64,000 nucleotides of DNA from Bacteroidota bacterium (lineage in GTDB: Bacteria > Bacteroidota > Ignavibacteria > Kryptoniales > JAKASW01): NCBI GenBank assembly GCA_021811615.1, contig JAJZNW010000032.1, positions 14,291-78,290 on the forward strand. The letters run 5' to 3'. The notes under the pieces were generated by a model. The model searched no databases, had not been told where the DNA came from, and saw only the letters and a list, made by a program, of their open reading frames with translations. Below are positions 38,296 to 48,509 of the stretch, in pieces (within the stretch, counting starts at the first letter, position 1; every line of letters starts with the position of its first letter). The position numbers were made by a program, and so were the translations under genes.

Positions 38296-39235
38296 ATGAA
38301 ACGAGATTCCGAAATAACGATACGTTCACTCCCTTCAACCCTCCGGAAGCGACTGAGAATCGGGACCTGCTCATGGAACTATCCCGAATGGGAAGAGCTC
38401 GGAATCTACTCGCAGAATAAGCGCCGGCATTACGACTACCTTCCCGAATACGCGGAACACTTCAATTCCACCGAAGTGGACCAGTGGTTCTGGAGCCTCG
38501 AGTCGCCGGATGTGGTTAGACTCCGCAAAGACGAGGATGTCGAGGCGTATGCGCGGCTTACTCCCGCCGATTTCAAATTCACGGTGAAAGCGCCGAACTC
38601 GATCACGCTCACGAATTTCTACAAACAGGCGCCGAAGAAGTCTGCCGAGAAGCCCAATCCCAATTTCCTCAGCGAGAAGCTGACGGAGGCGTTCCTGAAA
38701 TAGCTTGCACCGCTGAAGGATAAGATTGGCGCGATAATGTTCAAGTTCGAATATCTCAACAAAACCAAGATGCCCTCGCCCGCCGCTTTCTTCGATCTGC
38801 CAGGCCCGTTTCTCTCCTCCCTCCCCGTAACTTTCAACCACGCAATCCGAATTCCCTGACAAAAGAGTATTTCAGTTTCCTCACGTGTTCGTCGATGGGT
38901 ATTACATGCCTCCGGCATATGGAGTATTCGAGAAGTTCGGGACGGACTCTTTGACTTCGAATACGGTCGTGGTCAGGCTTCTCGGATCGGACAGACAGGG
39001 AATTGAAATGAAGAACCGGAAACACTGGACCGAGGTGGTCGACCCGCGCGACAAAACGATAAAAGAGATATCCGAACTGGTGAAGAAGCTCATCCGGAAG
39101 AAGTTCGACAGTTGCGCGGACTTCAACAACCATCTCGAAGGAAGTGCGCCGCTTTCCATTGCGAAATCAGTAGGGCTGCTTGCCGAAGAGTGGGTGTATT
39201 GCCGGAGAGAGGGCGCGGGGGAGCCGACAGGTTGA
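38296..39235 (+). pseudogene. DUF72 (UPF0759) family gene disrupted by one nonsense codon and two frameshifts
   Basis: The N-terminal ORF 38296..38703 (LRIGTCSWNYPEWEELGIY...) ends at an in-frame TAG at 38701..38703. DUF72-like sequence continues in the same frame (LAPLKDKIGAIMFKFEYL...FNHAIR) to TGA 38857. It then continues in another frame (NSLTKEYFSFL), and from about 38880 in a third frame (HVFVDGYYMPPAYGVFEKF...FNNHLEGSAPLSIAKSV) to 39235. Confidence 0.7.
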
Positions 39236-39344
39236 GTCAATCATCGAGCACCTGTCGGGAGTATTTGCCTGGTTCGCTGCCAGGCCCCGTCATATTTGAG
39301 AAGAGACCGGGAGAGATGGATCCGGCCTTGAGGAAAGGCCATAC

Positions 39345-39374
39345 AAAAAAGGGCGCCCTGGAGGCGCCCCTTTT
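39345..39374. terminator. bidirectional rho-independent terminator between DUF72 and the DHOD-like gene
   Basis: AAAAAA, then GGGCGCC (39351..39357), loop CTGGA, GGCGCCC (39363..39369), then CTTTT. This is a 7-bp GC stem flanked by an A-run and a T-run. A second hairpin GGCCTT-GAGGA-AAGGCC sits at 39324..39340. Confidence 0.65.
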
Positions 39375-39390
39375 CGCTGCTGAGGAGAAT

Positions 39391-40389
39391 TCAAACCAAC
39401 AGTTTGTAGCGGTTCAGCGCCTTTACGTAGTTTGCGCGCTCGAACGCAGCGGGATCTGCCACAGATTTCTGGCTCATGCTTCCCTTCATTTGCTCGATCG
39501 ATTCGTACTGATGTTCTTCCATCCACTTTGAAAGATCCGCGAGAACTGTCTTGATGTGCTGAGGACCGTGCTGGAGGAGAGCCGAACACATCATCGTCAC
39601 GTCGGCGCCCGCCATCACAAGCTTGAGGACATCTTCGGCGGTATGTACTCCGCTCGTCGCTGCCAGGCTTGCCTTCAGCTTGCCATAAAGGATCGCAATC
39701 CATCTCATCGGCAGTCTAATCGCAGATGAATCACTCATGGAGACTTCAGGCACCACCTCGAGCTGATTCACGTCAATGTCAGGCTGGTAGAAGCGATTGA
39801 ACAAGACGAAGCCGTTCGCGCCTGCTCCAAGCGCTCGTTGAGCGAAATTGCTGAGAGAGCCGAAATATGGGCTCAACTTGACGGCGAGAGGAATGCTCAC
39901 TGAATCCCTTACCGCCGATATGACATTGATGTACCTGCTCTCGACGTCATACGAAGAAAGATGCGGATCGGTAGGAATATAGTAGACATTCAGCTCCATC
40001 GCATCGGCGCCGGCATCCTCAAAATGCCTGGCGTATTTGATCCAGCCGCCCGCGGTGATTCCATTCAGGCTGGGGATAACGGGGATACTCAACGATTCTT
40101 TTGCTTTCCGAAGAAGCTCTATATATGAATCGGGTTCGAGGTTGTACTCTTCGGCCTTCGGGAAGTATGTCAGAGCTTCCGCGAAGCTATCCGTTCCATA
40201 ATGCAGATAGTGGTCGAGCTCCTCGCTCTCATGGGCGATCTCCTCTTCAAACAAGGAATACATCACGATTGCCGAAGCGCCCGCATCTTCAAGTCTCTTC
40301 ATATTGTCAAGGCTTCTCGATAGGGGGCTGGCGGACGGGACGATTGGATTCTTGAGCTCCAGTCCGAGATATTTGGTTTTGAGATTCAT
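39391..40389 (-). CDS. dihydroorotate dehydrogenase-like TIM-barrel flavoprotein (class 1 DHOD-like, not assignable to pyrD)
   Basis: 332 aa. [24 protein letters not shown]... and [10 protein letters not shown] follow the DHOD/DHPD TIM-barrel pattern. The gene starts 38 nt downstream of the nifJ stop. Confidence 0.75.
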   Translation of the reverse strand: MNLKTKYLGLELKNPIVPSASPLSRSLDNMKRLEDAGASAIVMYSLFEEEIAHESEELDHYLHYGTDSFAEALTYFPKAEEYNLEPDSYIELLRKAKESLSIPVIPSLNGITAGGWIKYARHFEDAGADAMELNVYYIPTDPHLSSYDVESRYINVISAVRDSVSIPLAVKLSPYFGSLSNFAQRALGAGANGFVLFNRFYQPDIDVNQLEVVPEVSMSDSSAIRLPMRWIAILYGKLKASLAATSGVHTAEDVLKLVMAGADVTMMCSALLQHGPQHIKTVLADLSKWMEEHQYESIEQMKGSMSQKSVADPAAFERANYVKALNRYKLLV

Positions 40390-40427
40390 TTCATAACTTT
40401 CGTTTTCGTTCGTTGCAGACTTTCGAT

Positions 40428-43400
40428 TCAGTTCATGGCCGGGGCGGCGGCAGATTTGCCGTCACCGTCAGACTTCGAAGCTTCGAATTCCTTCGAAAGC
40501 TGTTCGTACATCTTCCATCGCTGGACGATGTCATCCTGGGCAAGCTCCATGAGGAATTTCACTCTTTCGGGATGAGTCTTTTTAAGCATATTGAACCGCG
40601 TTTCGAGCGATGTGAAATCGCCAACCGATCCCTTAGGAGATTTCGAATCGAGTTTGAACGGATTCTTCCCTTCATGGGCCTGTCTCGGATCGAACCTGAA
40701 GAGAGGCCAGTAGCCTGTGTCGACGGCTACCTTCTGATGCTGGGCTCCGAGCGACATGTCAATGCCGTGTTCGATACAGTGGGCATAGGCGATTATGATC
40801 GAGGGCCCGTCGTAAGATTCGGCTTCAAGGAAGGCGCGGACAGTTTGAGCGTCGTTTGCTCCCATTGCCACGCGTGCCACGTAGACGTTGCCGTACATCA
40901 AGGCCATCAGTGAGAGGTCTTTCTTTCGCATCGGCTTTCCCGCCGCGGCGAACTTTGCCACCGCCGCACGAGGAGTCGACTTGGACATCTGGCCTCCGGT
41001 ATTCGAATAGACTTCAGTATCCAGGACGAGGATGTTCACGTTCTTCCCCGACGCGAGGACATGGTCCAGTCCGCCATAACCTATGTCATAAGCCCAGCCG
41101 TCGCCACCGACGATCCAGACGCTCCGCTTCACCAGGTTGTCTGCCACGTTCAGAAGTCTCTTAGCATCAGGCGAGTTGACAGAGGCAAGCTTTGACTTCA
41201 GCAGCTTCACTCTCTCCCGCTGTTCATATATGCCGGCTTCACCTGCCTGATCGGACTCCAGCAGTTCCTTCGCCAACTGCTCGCCGATCTGGGACGAGAG
41301 TTTCTGGACAAGCTCCCTGGCAATTTCTGTCTGCTTATCTATGGCGAGTCTCATGCCGAAGCCGAACTCGGCGTTGTCCTCGAAGAGCGAGTTGGACCAC
41401 GCGGGACCACGACCGTCCCTGTTGACGGTGTAAGGCGTGGTCGGGAGGTTTCCACCGTATATCGAAGAGCAGCCCGTCGCGTTGGCTATCATGGTCCGGT
41501 CGCCAAACAGTTGGGTCACGAGCTTTACATAGGGAGTCTCTCCGCAGCCGGAGCATGCGCCGGAATACTCGAACAGCGGTTGCAGGAATTGCGAGTCCTT
41601 CACGTTATCCAGCCTTATAGTTCTGCGGTCAACCTCCGGGATGTTGAGGAAGAATTCAAAGTTGACTTTCTCCGATTCTCTCAGAGGAGGCTGAGGTTTC
41701 ATATTGATCGCTTTTACCTTGGCTTCCTTCTTGCTCTTTGCGGGACAGAACTCGACGCAGAGTCCGCAGCCCGTGCAGTCCTCCGGCGCCACCTGCAGAG
41801 AATACTTCATCCCCTTGTGTTCGGGGCTTTTGAAATCGACGGCCTTGAAAGTCGCCGGGGCGCCGGCGACGTCTGCGGGATCGAACACTTTCACGCGTAT
41901 GCTCGCATGAGGACATATCACTATGCACTTGTTGCACTGGATACAGATATCCGGCTCCCATACGGGGATCTCGAGTGCTATGTTCCTTTTCTCCCATTGC
42001 GCGGTCGAAGTAGGAAATGTGCCGTCTATCGGCATGGCGCTTACAGGAAGGGTGTCTCCCTTCCCTTCGATCATGCGCGCCGTAACTTTTTTTACATACT
42101 CAGGCGCGCGGTCGGAAACAACCGGAGGCATCTCGATGGTGCTCGATACCTTGGCAGGGACTTTTACTTCGAACAGGTTTGCGAGCGTCTGGTCAACGGC
42201 CTGGAAATTCTGCTGGACTACCTGATCTCCTTTTCGACCGTAAGTTTTCTTTATCGACTTTTTGATCTGCTCGATCGCTTGCTCGCGCGGAAGCACGCCG
42301 GATATCGCGAAGAAGCAGGTTTGCATTATCGTGTTGATCCTGCTACCCATGTTTGTCTGGCGAGCCACTTTGTACGCGTCGATGACGTAGAACTTGAGAT
42401 GCTTCTCCACGATCTGTTTTTGAATCAGCCTCGGAAGTTTGTCCCAGACTTTGTCCGGCCCGTAAATGCTGTTGAGGAGAAACACGCTACCCGGCGCGGC
42501 CTTCTCCAGTACATCGAATTTCTCGACGAAGAACCATTGGTGACAGGCGACGAAGTTGGCCTGGTTGATCAAATATGTGGAATGGATAGGCTTCGGCCCG
42601 AAGCGAAGGTGGGAAACAGTCTGTGACCCCGATTTCTTGGAATCGTAGACGAAATATCCCTGGGCATAGAAGTCCGTCTCACCGCCGATGATCTTGATGG
42701 AGTTCTTGTTGGCGCCTACGGTTCCGTCCGCTCCGAGACCATAGAACATCGCGCGTACGACTTCCGGCGGCTCTACGTCGAAGGAGGGATCGTAATCGAG
42801 GCTTGTGTTCGTCACGTCGTCCACGATGCCGACGGTGAAGTGGTTTTTCGGTTTGTCCTTCTTCATTTCGTCAAAGACCGCCTTCACCATCGCGGGGGTG
42901 AATTCTTTGGAAGAGAGACCGTACCTTCCGCCTATTATCCGCGGTTCTACCTGAAGAGGAAGCTTGCCGGACGCCCTGGCTTCTGCAAGTGCCGTGACGA
43001 CGTCGGAGTAAAGCGGCTCGCCGGTCGCGCCGGGCTCCTTGGTGCGATCGAGGACCGCTATGTCCTTTGTGGTTTTCGGAAGCGCATCGACGAACGCCTC
43101 GATCGAGAAGGGTCTGTAGAGTCTGACCTTGACGACCCCGACCTTCTCGCCTTTGGAAGAGAGATACTCGACGGTCTCGTGAACAGCCTCGGCACCCGAG
43201 CCCATGACGATTATTACACGCTCCGCATCGGGAGAGCCGACATACTGGAACAGCATATACTCGCGGCCGGTCACTTTCGCAAACTTGTCCATTGCGGACT
43301 GCACGATCGCGGGGCACGCCTGGTAGAATTTATTGACCGTTTCACGGGCCTGGAAGAACACATCCGGATTCTGGGCCGATCCGCGAAGCACCGGGTGATC

Positions 43401-44075
43401 GGGTGAAAGAGCGCGCTGACGATGCTGGTCGATCAGCTCGTCGGTGATTAGTGCACGCATTTGTTCATCTGTCAGTTGTTGAATTTTCAATACTTCGTGA
43501 GAAGTCCTGAAGCCGTCGAAGAAATGAAGGAACGGAACGCGCGCTTCGAGTGTAGCGGCCTGCGCAATCAATGCGAAGTCGTTCACTTCCTGAACCGAGT
43601 TCGAAGCGAGCATGGCAAAACCCGTCGGACGAGCTGCCATCACGTCGCTATGGTCTCCGAAGATAGAAAGCGCATGTGCTGCGACCGATCGTGCCGCGAT
43701 ATGAAAAACCGTAGATGTAAGCTCCCCTGCAATCTTGAACATATTCGGAATCATCAGCAACAGCCCCTGTGAAGCGGTGAATGTGGTCGTCAGGGCGCCT
43801 GCCTGCAATGCTCCATGTACCGCTCCGGAAGCTCCCCCCTCGCTCTGCAATTCAGCTACGAGCGGGATCGATCCCCACAGGTTCGGCCTGTTCTGCGCTG
43901 ACCATTCGTCCGACCATTCGCCCATCGGCGACGACGGCGTAATCGGGTAGATTGCGATGACTTCGTTCAGCTTATGCGCGACGTAGGCAGCTGCCTCGTT
44001 TCCGTCAATGGTCGCGATTCTTACAGACGAGTCCGATTCCTTTTGGGAGTTATCGGATGTATTCTCTTCAGCCAT
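40428..44075 (-). CDS. nifJ: pyruvate:ferredoxin (flavodoxin) oxidoreductase, single-polypeptide type
   Basis: About 1215 aa. It has the PFOR domain order with two 4Fe-4S ferredoxin motifs ([12 protein letters not shown] and [12 protein letters not shown]) and a C-terminal TPP-binding region ([16 protein letters not shown]). The track start 44102 is TTG. I prefer ATG 44075 (MAEENTS), which has GAAGGAA upstream. Confidence 0.95.
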   Translation of the reverse strand: MAEENTSDNSQKESDSSVRIATIDGNEAAAYVAHKLNEVIAIYPITPSSPMGEWSDEWSAQNRPNLWGSIPLVAELQSEGGASGAVHGALQAGALTTTFTASQGLLLMIPNMFKIAGELTSTVFHIAARSVAAHALSIFGDHSDVMAARPTGFAMLASNSVQEVNDFALIAQAATLEARVPFLHFFDGFRTSHEVLKIQQLTDEQMRALITDELIDQHRQRALSPDHPVLRGSAQNPDVFFQARETVNKFYQACPAIVQSAMDKFAKVTGREYMLFQYVGSPDAERVIIVMGSGAEAVHETVEYLSSKGEKVGVVKVRLYRPFSIEAFVDALPKTTKDIAVLDRTKEPGATGEPLYSDVVTALAEARASGKLPLQVEPRIIGGRYGLSSKEFTPAMVKAVFDEMKKDKPKNHFTVGIVDDVTNTSLDYDPSFDVEPPEVVRAMFYGLGADGTVGANKNSIKIIGGETDFYAQGYFVYDSKKSGSQTVSHLRFGPKPIHSTYLINQANFVACHQWFFVEKFDVLEKAAPGSVFLLNSIYGPDKVWDKLPRLIQKQIVEKHLKFYVIDAYKVARQTNMGSRINTIMQTCFFAISGVLPREQAIEQIKKSIKKTYGRKGDQVVQQNFQAVDQTLANLFEVKVPAKVSSTIEMPPVVSDRAPEYVKKVTARMIEGKGDTLPVSAMPIDGTFPTSTAQWEKRNIALEIPVWEPDICIQCNKCIVICPHASIRVKVFDPADVAGAPATFKAVDFKSPEHKGMKYSLQVAPEDCTGCGLCVEFCPAKSKKEAKVKAINMKPQPPLRESEKVNFEFFLNIPEVDRRTIRLDNVKDSQFLQPLFEYSGACSGCGETPYVKLVTQLFGDRTMIANATGCSSIYGGNLPTTPYTVNRDGRGPAWSNSLFEDNAEFGFGMRLAIDKQTEIARELVQKLSSQIGEQLAKELLESDQAGEAGIYEQRERVKLLKSKLASVNSPDAKRLLNVADNLVKRSVWIVGGDGWAYDIGYGGLDHVLASGKNVNILVLDTEVYSNTGGQMSKSTPRAAVAKFAAAGKPMRKKDLSLMALMYGNVYVARVAMGANDAQTVRAFLEAESYDGPSIIIAYAHCIEHGIDMSLGAQHQKVAVDTGYWPLFRFDPRQAHEGKNPFKLDSKSPKGSVGDFTSLETRFNMLKKTHPERVKFLMELAQDDIVQRWKMYEQLSKEFEASKSDGDGKSAAAPAMN

Positions 44076-44573
44076 TTCTGTTCCTTCTTTTTCAAAATGC
44101 AAAGTGTTTTCTAAACTGGACGTTCAGATTTTCTGCAATAACGGTGCCGGAAGGGTCGCTTTGTTAGCCCTTGTGATTCCGAGACTTAGACCACGGGGAC
44201 AACAAGGAAGCCCTCGTTTGGGTGGTATTGTGCCCCACGGAAATGAGGAAATCCCATGGATCAAATACGAACGTGACTCCACCGGCAGTCGTCGCAAAGG
44301 AATGGCAGAGGAGATCCTCTTAGACTCAACCTAATCTCAATCCGGAGCAAATTTGTCGTTTGAATAGGGGCAGGCTCTCGGATGACCGGAATATCTGGAT
44401 GAGGGGATTACCGTAAGAGAGGACGGGCCAGTCTGCCGGAAGGGCGGAAACAGTTCTGCGGGAACATCGGCGAATAAATGGATTGGAAAATTATCCCGCC
44501 TCCAGTCAACCTCCGACATTGCTACAGTTTCACTATCCAAAAGTGACGCACAGGTCTCTTGATCAACTCATTG

Positions 44574-44753
44574 CTAGCTCCGCCATTGGTGACCATGGCT
44601 CCATCTCCAACCGTAGTAGAACAACACAATCGTAAAGAGGGCGCTCGACCACCAATTAGATATCCAAAAGTAGTACGCAATGAGTAAAATGTAGATGAGC
44701 GCGACTGGTTTCAGGAAAAAGAACTCAAACACCTTCCGGTATCTGCTAGCCAT
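44574..44753 (-). CDS. unannotated 59-aa two-TM membrane protein (hypothetical)
   Basis: Below the 60-aa cut-off of the ORF track. My codon-by-codon translation is MASRYRKVFEFFFLKPVALIYILLIAYYFWISNWWSSALFTIVLFYYGWRWSHGHQWRS, ending at TAG 44574. GGAGG (44765..44761) lies exactly 7 nt upstream of ATG 44753. Two aromatic-rich hydrophobic helices. Confidence 0.5.
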   Translation of the reverse strand: MASRYRKVFEFFFLKPVALIYILLIAYYFWISNWWSSALFTIVLFYYGWRWSHGHQWRS

Positions 44754-45180
44754 ATGTCATCCTCCGCCTTAAGAATGAGAATTGAGGCTGTCGAGCGTGA
44801 TTACAATCGGTTGCGCACCCATAGACAGTTCAACTATCGCCCTTGGATGAGTGCGGGAGCAGGACTTCTGGACAGACGGGTCATCCACACCTGCAGGACT
44901 AAATGGTCCGGAGATGGAAGTGCATTTGTGAAAGACTCATGCCTTCCGACGCTTTGCTTCCAAAAGTAACTCAGCCCTCGATGCATCTTCATGCCCTGTA
45001 ACACTGATAGCCAAATATAGATGCTCATTCAAGCATTAGCAAGTTCAGCCATCAATTTGTCGCACTGAGATAACACGGATGTAGGCATATAATTTCCCGG
45101 AGGAGTAGATCGGGCATATCTGTGACCATCGGCAGTCATCCGAGCCTTATGTGTGCTGGTCCAACGCCCCTGTGCGCCCC

Positions 45181-45218
45181 CAAAAAATGAGTGACGTCCC
45201 GCGAAATACGGGACGTCA
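45181..45218 (-). terminator. rho-independent terminator of the first TonB-dependent receptor gene
   Basis: Perfect 10-bp stem TGACGTCCCG (45192..45201) / CGGGACGTCA (45209..45218) with a 7-nt loop. On the minus strand it is followed by CTCATTTTTTG. It lies 60 nt downstream of the stop at 45279. Confidence 0.75.
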
Positions 45219-45278
45219 TACAGAAGGTTTCCAGTCAGCTGTGTCAAGGTTAAGAGCGCTTGACCAGGCTGAGCTGCA

Positions 45279-48200
45279 TCAGAAGTTATACGTTGCGCCG
45301 ATAAGGAGCTGCCACCTTGAGTAGAAGGGATCGGGCGACCAGGGCACACCGTTGCTCGGAAGAGCGAGCTCGAACGTCGGTTGTTGTGCCGCATTCAATC
45401 CTTCATAGTTGAGAAGGCCGTAAGTTCCGTTTGGTACGGCGAGGACATAACCCCAGTTCGGATTCAACATGTTCAGTACATTCAATACATCGGCATTCAG
45501 CTCGAGATTTTGTCCGAACACGCTTGGAATCCTTTCCGTCACGCTCAGGTTCAGTTGACCGTCCCAGGGGGCCCTGCCGCCGTTCCTGGGAAGAATCTGT
45601 CCCTTGTATCTACTGAGGTAGGGACTGCGGTTTATATAGCTGGCCAACTCGGCATAAGCCGATGCCGGAGCGGGCTCATATGAATCGGCAGCCTTGTTGT
45701 AAACCACGAGGTTGATGTCGCCGCCCGGCACCGGGTTCTTCGGCACATAGAGAAGGTCATTGTAAGATGACCCGTCGCCATTTACATCGCCATTATAGAT
45801 GTAAGAGAACGGAGGACCGGACTCGCCGGTGTAGAACAGGGACAGCGTGGTAGCGAAGCCGTGAGCATAATCAATCTCTGCGGCGACGGAGGCCACAACC
45901 CTGTTGGGAACCGAGAAGTCGGAAACGGCAACGGGAGGATCGTTCGGATTGCCCGGTACCGGGTTATATCTCCACTGTGAATATGCCTGGCTTGAAGTAA
46001 CCGAATTCTGATCGTACGACTGGCCGTAGGTATACGAAAAGTCTGCAAAGAGTGCATCATGGATCGATTGATCGCCGAGCATTTGCAGAATACCCTGGCC
46101 GAATTCCCTGTGAAGTGACACGGTCAGGTAGTAATTATAAGGCTCGCTTGTGTTCGTCATGTAAACGACACGCGTATATCTTGAGCTTTGAACGTTGTAT
46201 TTCCAGCTCGTGTTGTAGAGCCCGGAGGACGGTGTTCCGTATAGAGGCCTTCCTCCTAAGCCGACGTACGTATCGGGAGTCGAACTCTGTTCGATATTTA
46301 TGTTCTGGTACATCACGTCGTTGATCGAATGGCCGTAGATGCCCTCCACGGTTCCGACAAATCCAAACGGAAGCGCATGATCCACCGCCAGGTCGACTCG
46401 CAATTGCTGCGGCATCCTGAAGGTCGGCGATGTCAAATCGATCTCCGTGGTGGCGATAGGAGCAAGGGCGGTATCGTTGGCACCCGGCCGGGGCTGCGCA
46501 TACGGATTCGGACTGAAGAATCCGGGAGGAAGATTGCTTGCGTCGAGCCGGTTGACATCCACACCCGTGTTCTCATACTGGTTGGAGATCCAGACGTAAG
46601 GTACGCGTCCGGTGAAGACGCCTGCTCCGCCGCGAATGACCCACTGTCTATTGCCGTGTACATCCCAGTTGAATCCGACGCGAGGCGAGAGGAGGAATTC
46701 AGGCTTCGGCGTATGATCCGTTCTGAGTCCCATGAAGGCAAACGTCGAATCGAAAACCGGATTGTTGTACGGCTTCTGCGGGAACGTCGGGATGTCGAGC
46801 CTGAGACCGTATGTGAGTTTGAAGTTCGGAATGATGCTCCATTGATCCTGTGCATAGACCCCGTACTGGACCGCGCTCCATATCGCCATCGGCTCGCTCA
46901 CGCCGGACAGATTCGAGTAAGCGTTCTCGTACTTGTTGGGCTGCCCGGCCTGCAAATCCGCAAGACTGCTGAACCTGTAATAGCCGTAGTAGTCCGCAAG
47001 GAAAAGATTGTTGAAAGAGAAAGACTCGTCGTGCGTGCCGAATGTAAAGAGATGGTTTCCGGCCTGCAACGAAAGGTTATCGGTAAATTCCCAAATGTAC
47101 TGGTATGTATGATTTGCGCCCGAATACTGCTCCGTACCGGCAATTATCGAACCGTTCGGGTAAGCGGGCGAATGGAAGAGATCGATCATCGGGAAAAGCG
47201 GGCTCGGCACGACACGATGGTCGATGATAGAAGTGTAGTTCAGGATCGCCTGATTGGACCAGTCGGTTCCGAATGTACCGTTCCACTCGGCAACGATGGA
47301 GTTCGTATTGTCGTTGAAGGTGTAAGCCGAGGAAGTCAGGTAAAGAGTTGTCGGGCTCCGGGTGATGTCCTGCTGGGACGCGTTTACGAAGTTATAACGC
47401 AGGCTGAGTTTCTGCGTCTCGGACAAATTGTAGTCCAATCTGAGAAACACTTTATTGGACGGCGTCAGGGATGTATACGTGTTTGCCGTGCCGGGATTGA
47501 AGCCGTACTTCTGTACCAGTATGTTTGTAAACGCCTGGATGGCGGAATCGGTGGCACCTGAAATATTCTGGTACGGTTGGCGCCGTCTGGTAATCGAACC
47601 GTCGAGGAAGAAGAACAGCTTGTTCCTTATGATAGGGCCGCCGAGACGGAAGCCGGACTGAACGTTGCTGAATTTTGGATAAGGGGTCCGGGTCGAGGTC
47701 GGACTCAAGCCGACGAAGTTCTGATTCTGACCGAAGAGCCATACCGCCCCTTTGAAAGTGTTTGTTCCGCTTCTCGTGATCGCATTTATCTCAGCGCCTG
47801 TGAAGCCGCTCTGCCTTACGTCGAATGGCGCGATCGACACCCGGACTTGTTTAATTGCATTCAAGCTTATGGGGGTGGTTCCAGCCTGTCCCCCGGGAGT
47901 GCCGCTGTTCGGTAGCCCGAACAGATCGTTGTAACTGGCACCGTCGATCTGGATGTTGTTATAGAGGTTATTTCTTCCAAGAGCTGAAAATCCACTGGCT
48001 GCGTTGCCTACGAAATATGGCGAAAGAGCCGCGAAGTTCATGAAATTCCGAGTAACGGTCGGGAAGTTTCTCAAGAATTTGCTGCCCACTACAGTCGCAG
48101 CTCCGGTGCGATTGGTGTTCATGAGTCCGTGACCCTCGGCCACAACCTCCACGCCTTTTTCGCTGACTGCCTGCTGTTTGAGAGTGAAGTTCATCTCAAG

Positions 48201-48509
48201 GTTCTGTCCGATCTCGAGTTCTATTGCCCTGACCTCTTGCGTCCTGTACCCGACATCCGATACAGTGACGGTATAAGGGCCGCCGACTCTGAGACCCGAT
48301 ATATAGAATCTTCCGTCAAGCTGTGTGCTGTTGCCGTACTTCGTACCTGACGGGACGTTAAGGACTATTACAGTGGCCCCTGGAACCGGCCGACCCTTGG
48401 AATCTTTGACAGTGCCGCTGATCGACGCAGTAGTCAGACCTTGCGCGAAAATCAGTTGCGGAACCGCCAACAGAAGGATCAACAGGAAGAGACCGCGTAT
48501 CCTTTGCAT
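45279..48509 (-). CDS. Oar-like TonB-dependent outer-membrane receptor with N-terminal CarboxypepD_reg domain
   Basis: 1076 aa. Signal peptide MQRIRGLFLLILLLAVPQLIFAQ. CarboxypepD_reg-like segment SISGTVKDSKGRPVPGATVIV...YTVTVSDVGYRTQ. Plug-like NNIQIDGASYNDLFGL, a long beta-barrel, and a terminal aromatic residue (...ATYNF). Confidence 0.9.
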   Translation of the reverse strand: MQRIRGLFLLILLLAVPQLIFAQGLTTASISGTVKDSKGRPVPGATVIVLNVPSGTKYGNSTQLDGRFYISGLRVGGPYTVTVSDVGYRTQEVRAIELEIGQNLEMNFTLKQQAVSEKGVEVVAEGHGLMNTNRTGAATVVGSKFLRNFPTVTRNFMNFAALSPYFVGNAASGFSALGRNNLYNNIQIDGASYNDLFGLPNSGTPGGQAGTTPISLNAIKQVRVSIAPFDVRQSGFTGAEINAITRSGTNTFKGAVWLFGQNQNFVGLSPTSTRTPYPKFSNVQSGFRLGGPIIRNKLFFFLDGSITRRRQPYQNISGATDSAIQAFTNILVQKYGFNPGTANTYTSLTPSNKVFLRLDYNLSETQKLSLRYNFVNASQQDITRSPTTLYLTSSAYTFNDNTNSIVAEWNGTFGTDWSNQAILNYTSIIDHRVVPSPLFPMIDLFHSPAYPNGSIIAGTEQYSGANHTYQYIWEFTDNLSLQAGNHLFTFGTHDESFSFNNLFLADYYGYYRFSSLADLQAGQPNKYENAYSNLSGVSEPMAIWSAVQYGVYAQDQWSIIPNFKLTYGLRLDIPTFPQKPYNNPVFDSTFAFMGLRTDHTPKPEFLLSPRVGFNWDVHGNRQWVIRGGAGVFTGRVPYVWISNQYENTGVDVNRLDASNLPPGFFSPNPYAQPRPGANDTALAPIATTEIDLTSPTFRMPQQLRVDLAVDHALPFGFVGTVEGIYGHSINDVMYQNINIEQSSTPDTYVGLGGRPLYGTPSSGLYNTSWKYNVQSSRYTRVVYMTNTSEPYNYYLTVSLHREFGQGILQMLGDQSIHDALFADFSYTYGQSYDQNSVTSSQAYSQWRYNPVPGNPNDPPVAVSDFSVPNRVVASVAAEIDYAHGFATTLSLFYTGESGPPFSYIYNGDVNGDGSSYNDLLYVPKNPVPGGDINLVVYNKAADSYEPAPASAYAELASYINRSPYLSRYKGQILPRNGGRAPWDGQLNLSVTERIPSVFGQNLELNADVLNVLNMLNPNWGYVLAVPNGTYGLLNYEGLNAAQQPTFELALPSNGVPWSPDPFYSRWQLLIGATYNF

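Noticed and set aside
38701-38703. The in-frame TAG in the DUF72 gene as stop-codon recoding (for example pyrrolysine) or read-through.
   Set aside because: The same gene carries two additional frameshifts within the next 200 nt, and other genes in the window, such as the small ORF ending at 44574 and the vWA gene ending at 57672, use TAG as a normal stop.
44425-44460. SRP-RNA-like motif CCAGTCTGCCGGAAGGGCGGAAACAG (GGAA tetraloop context).
   Set aside because: It lacks the conserved AGCA/GGAAGCAGC 3-prime side of SRP helix 8 and has no extended flanking helix on either strand.
44834-45394. Minus-strand ORFs 45029..45394 (121 aa) and 44834..45028 (64 aa), and plus-strand ORF 44754..44969.
   Set aside because: The 121-aa ORF starts inside the receptor gene and runs through its strong terminator. 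None has an RBS, hydrophobic segments or family-like sequence.
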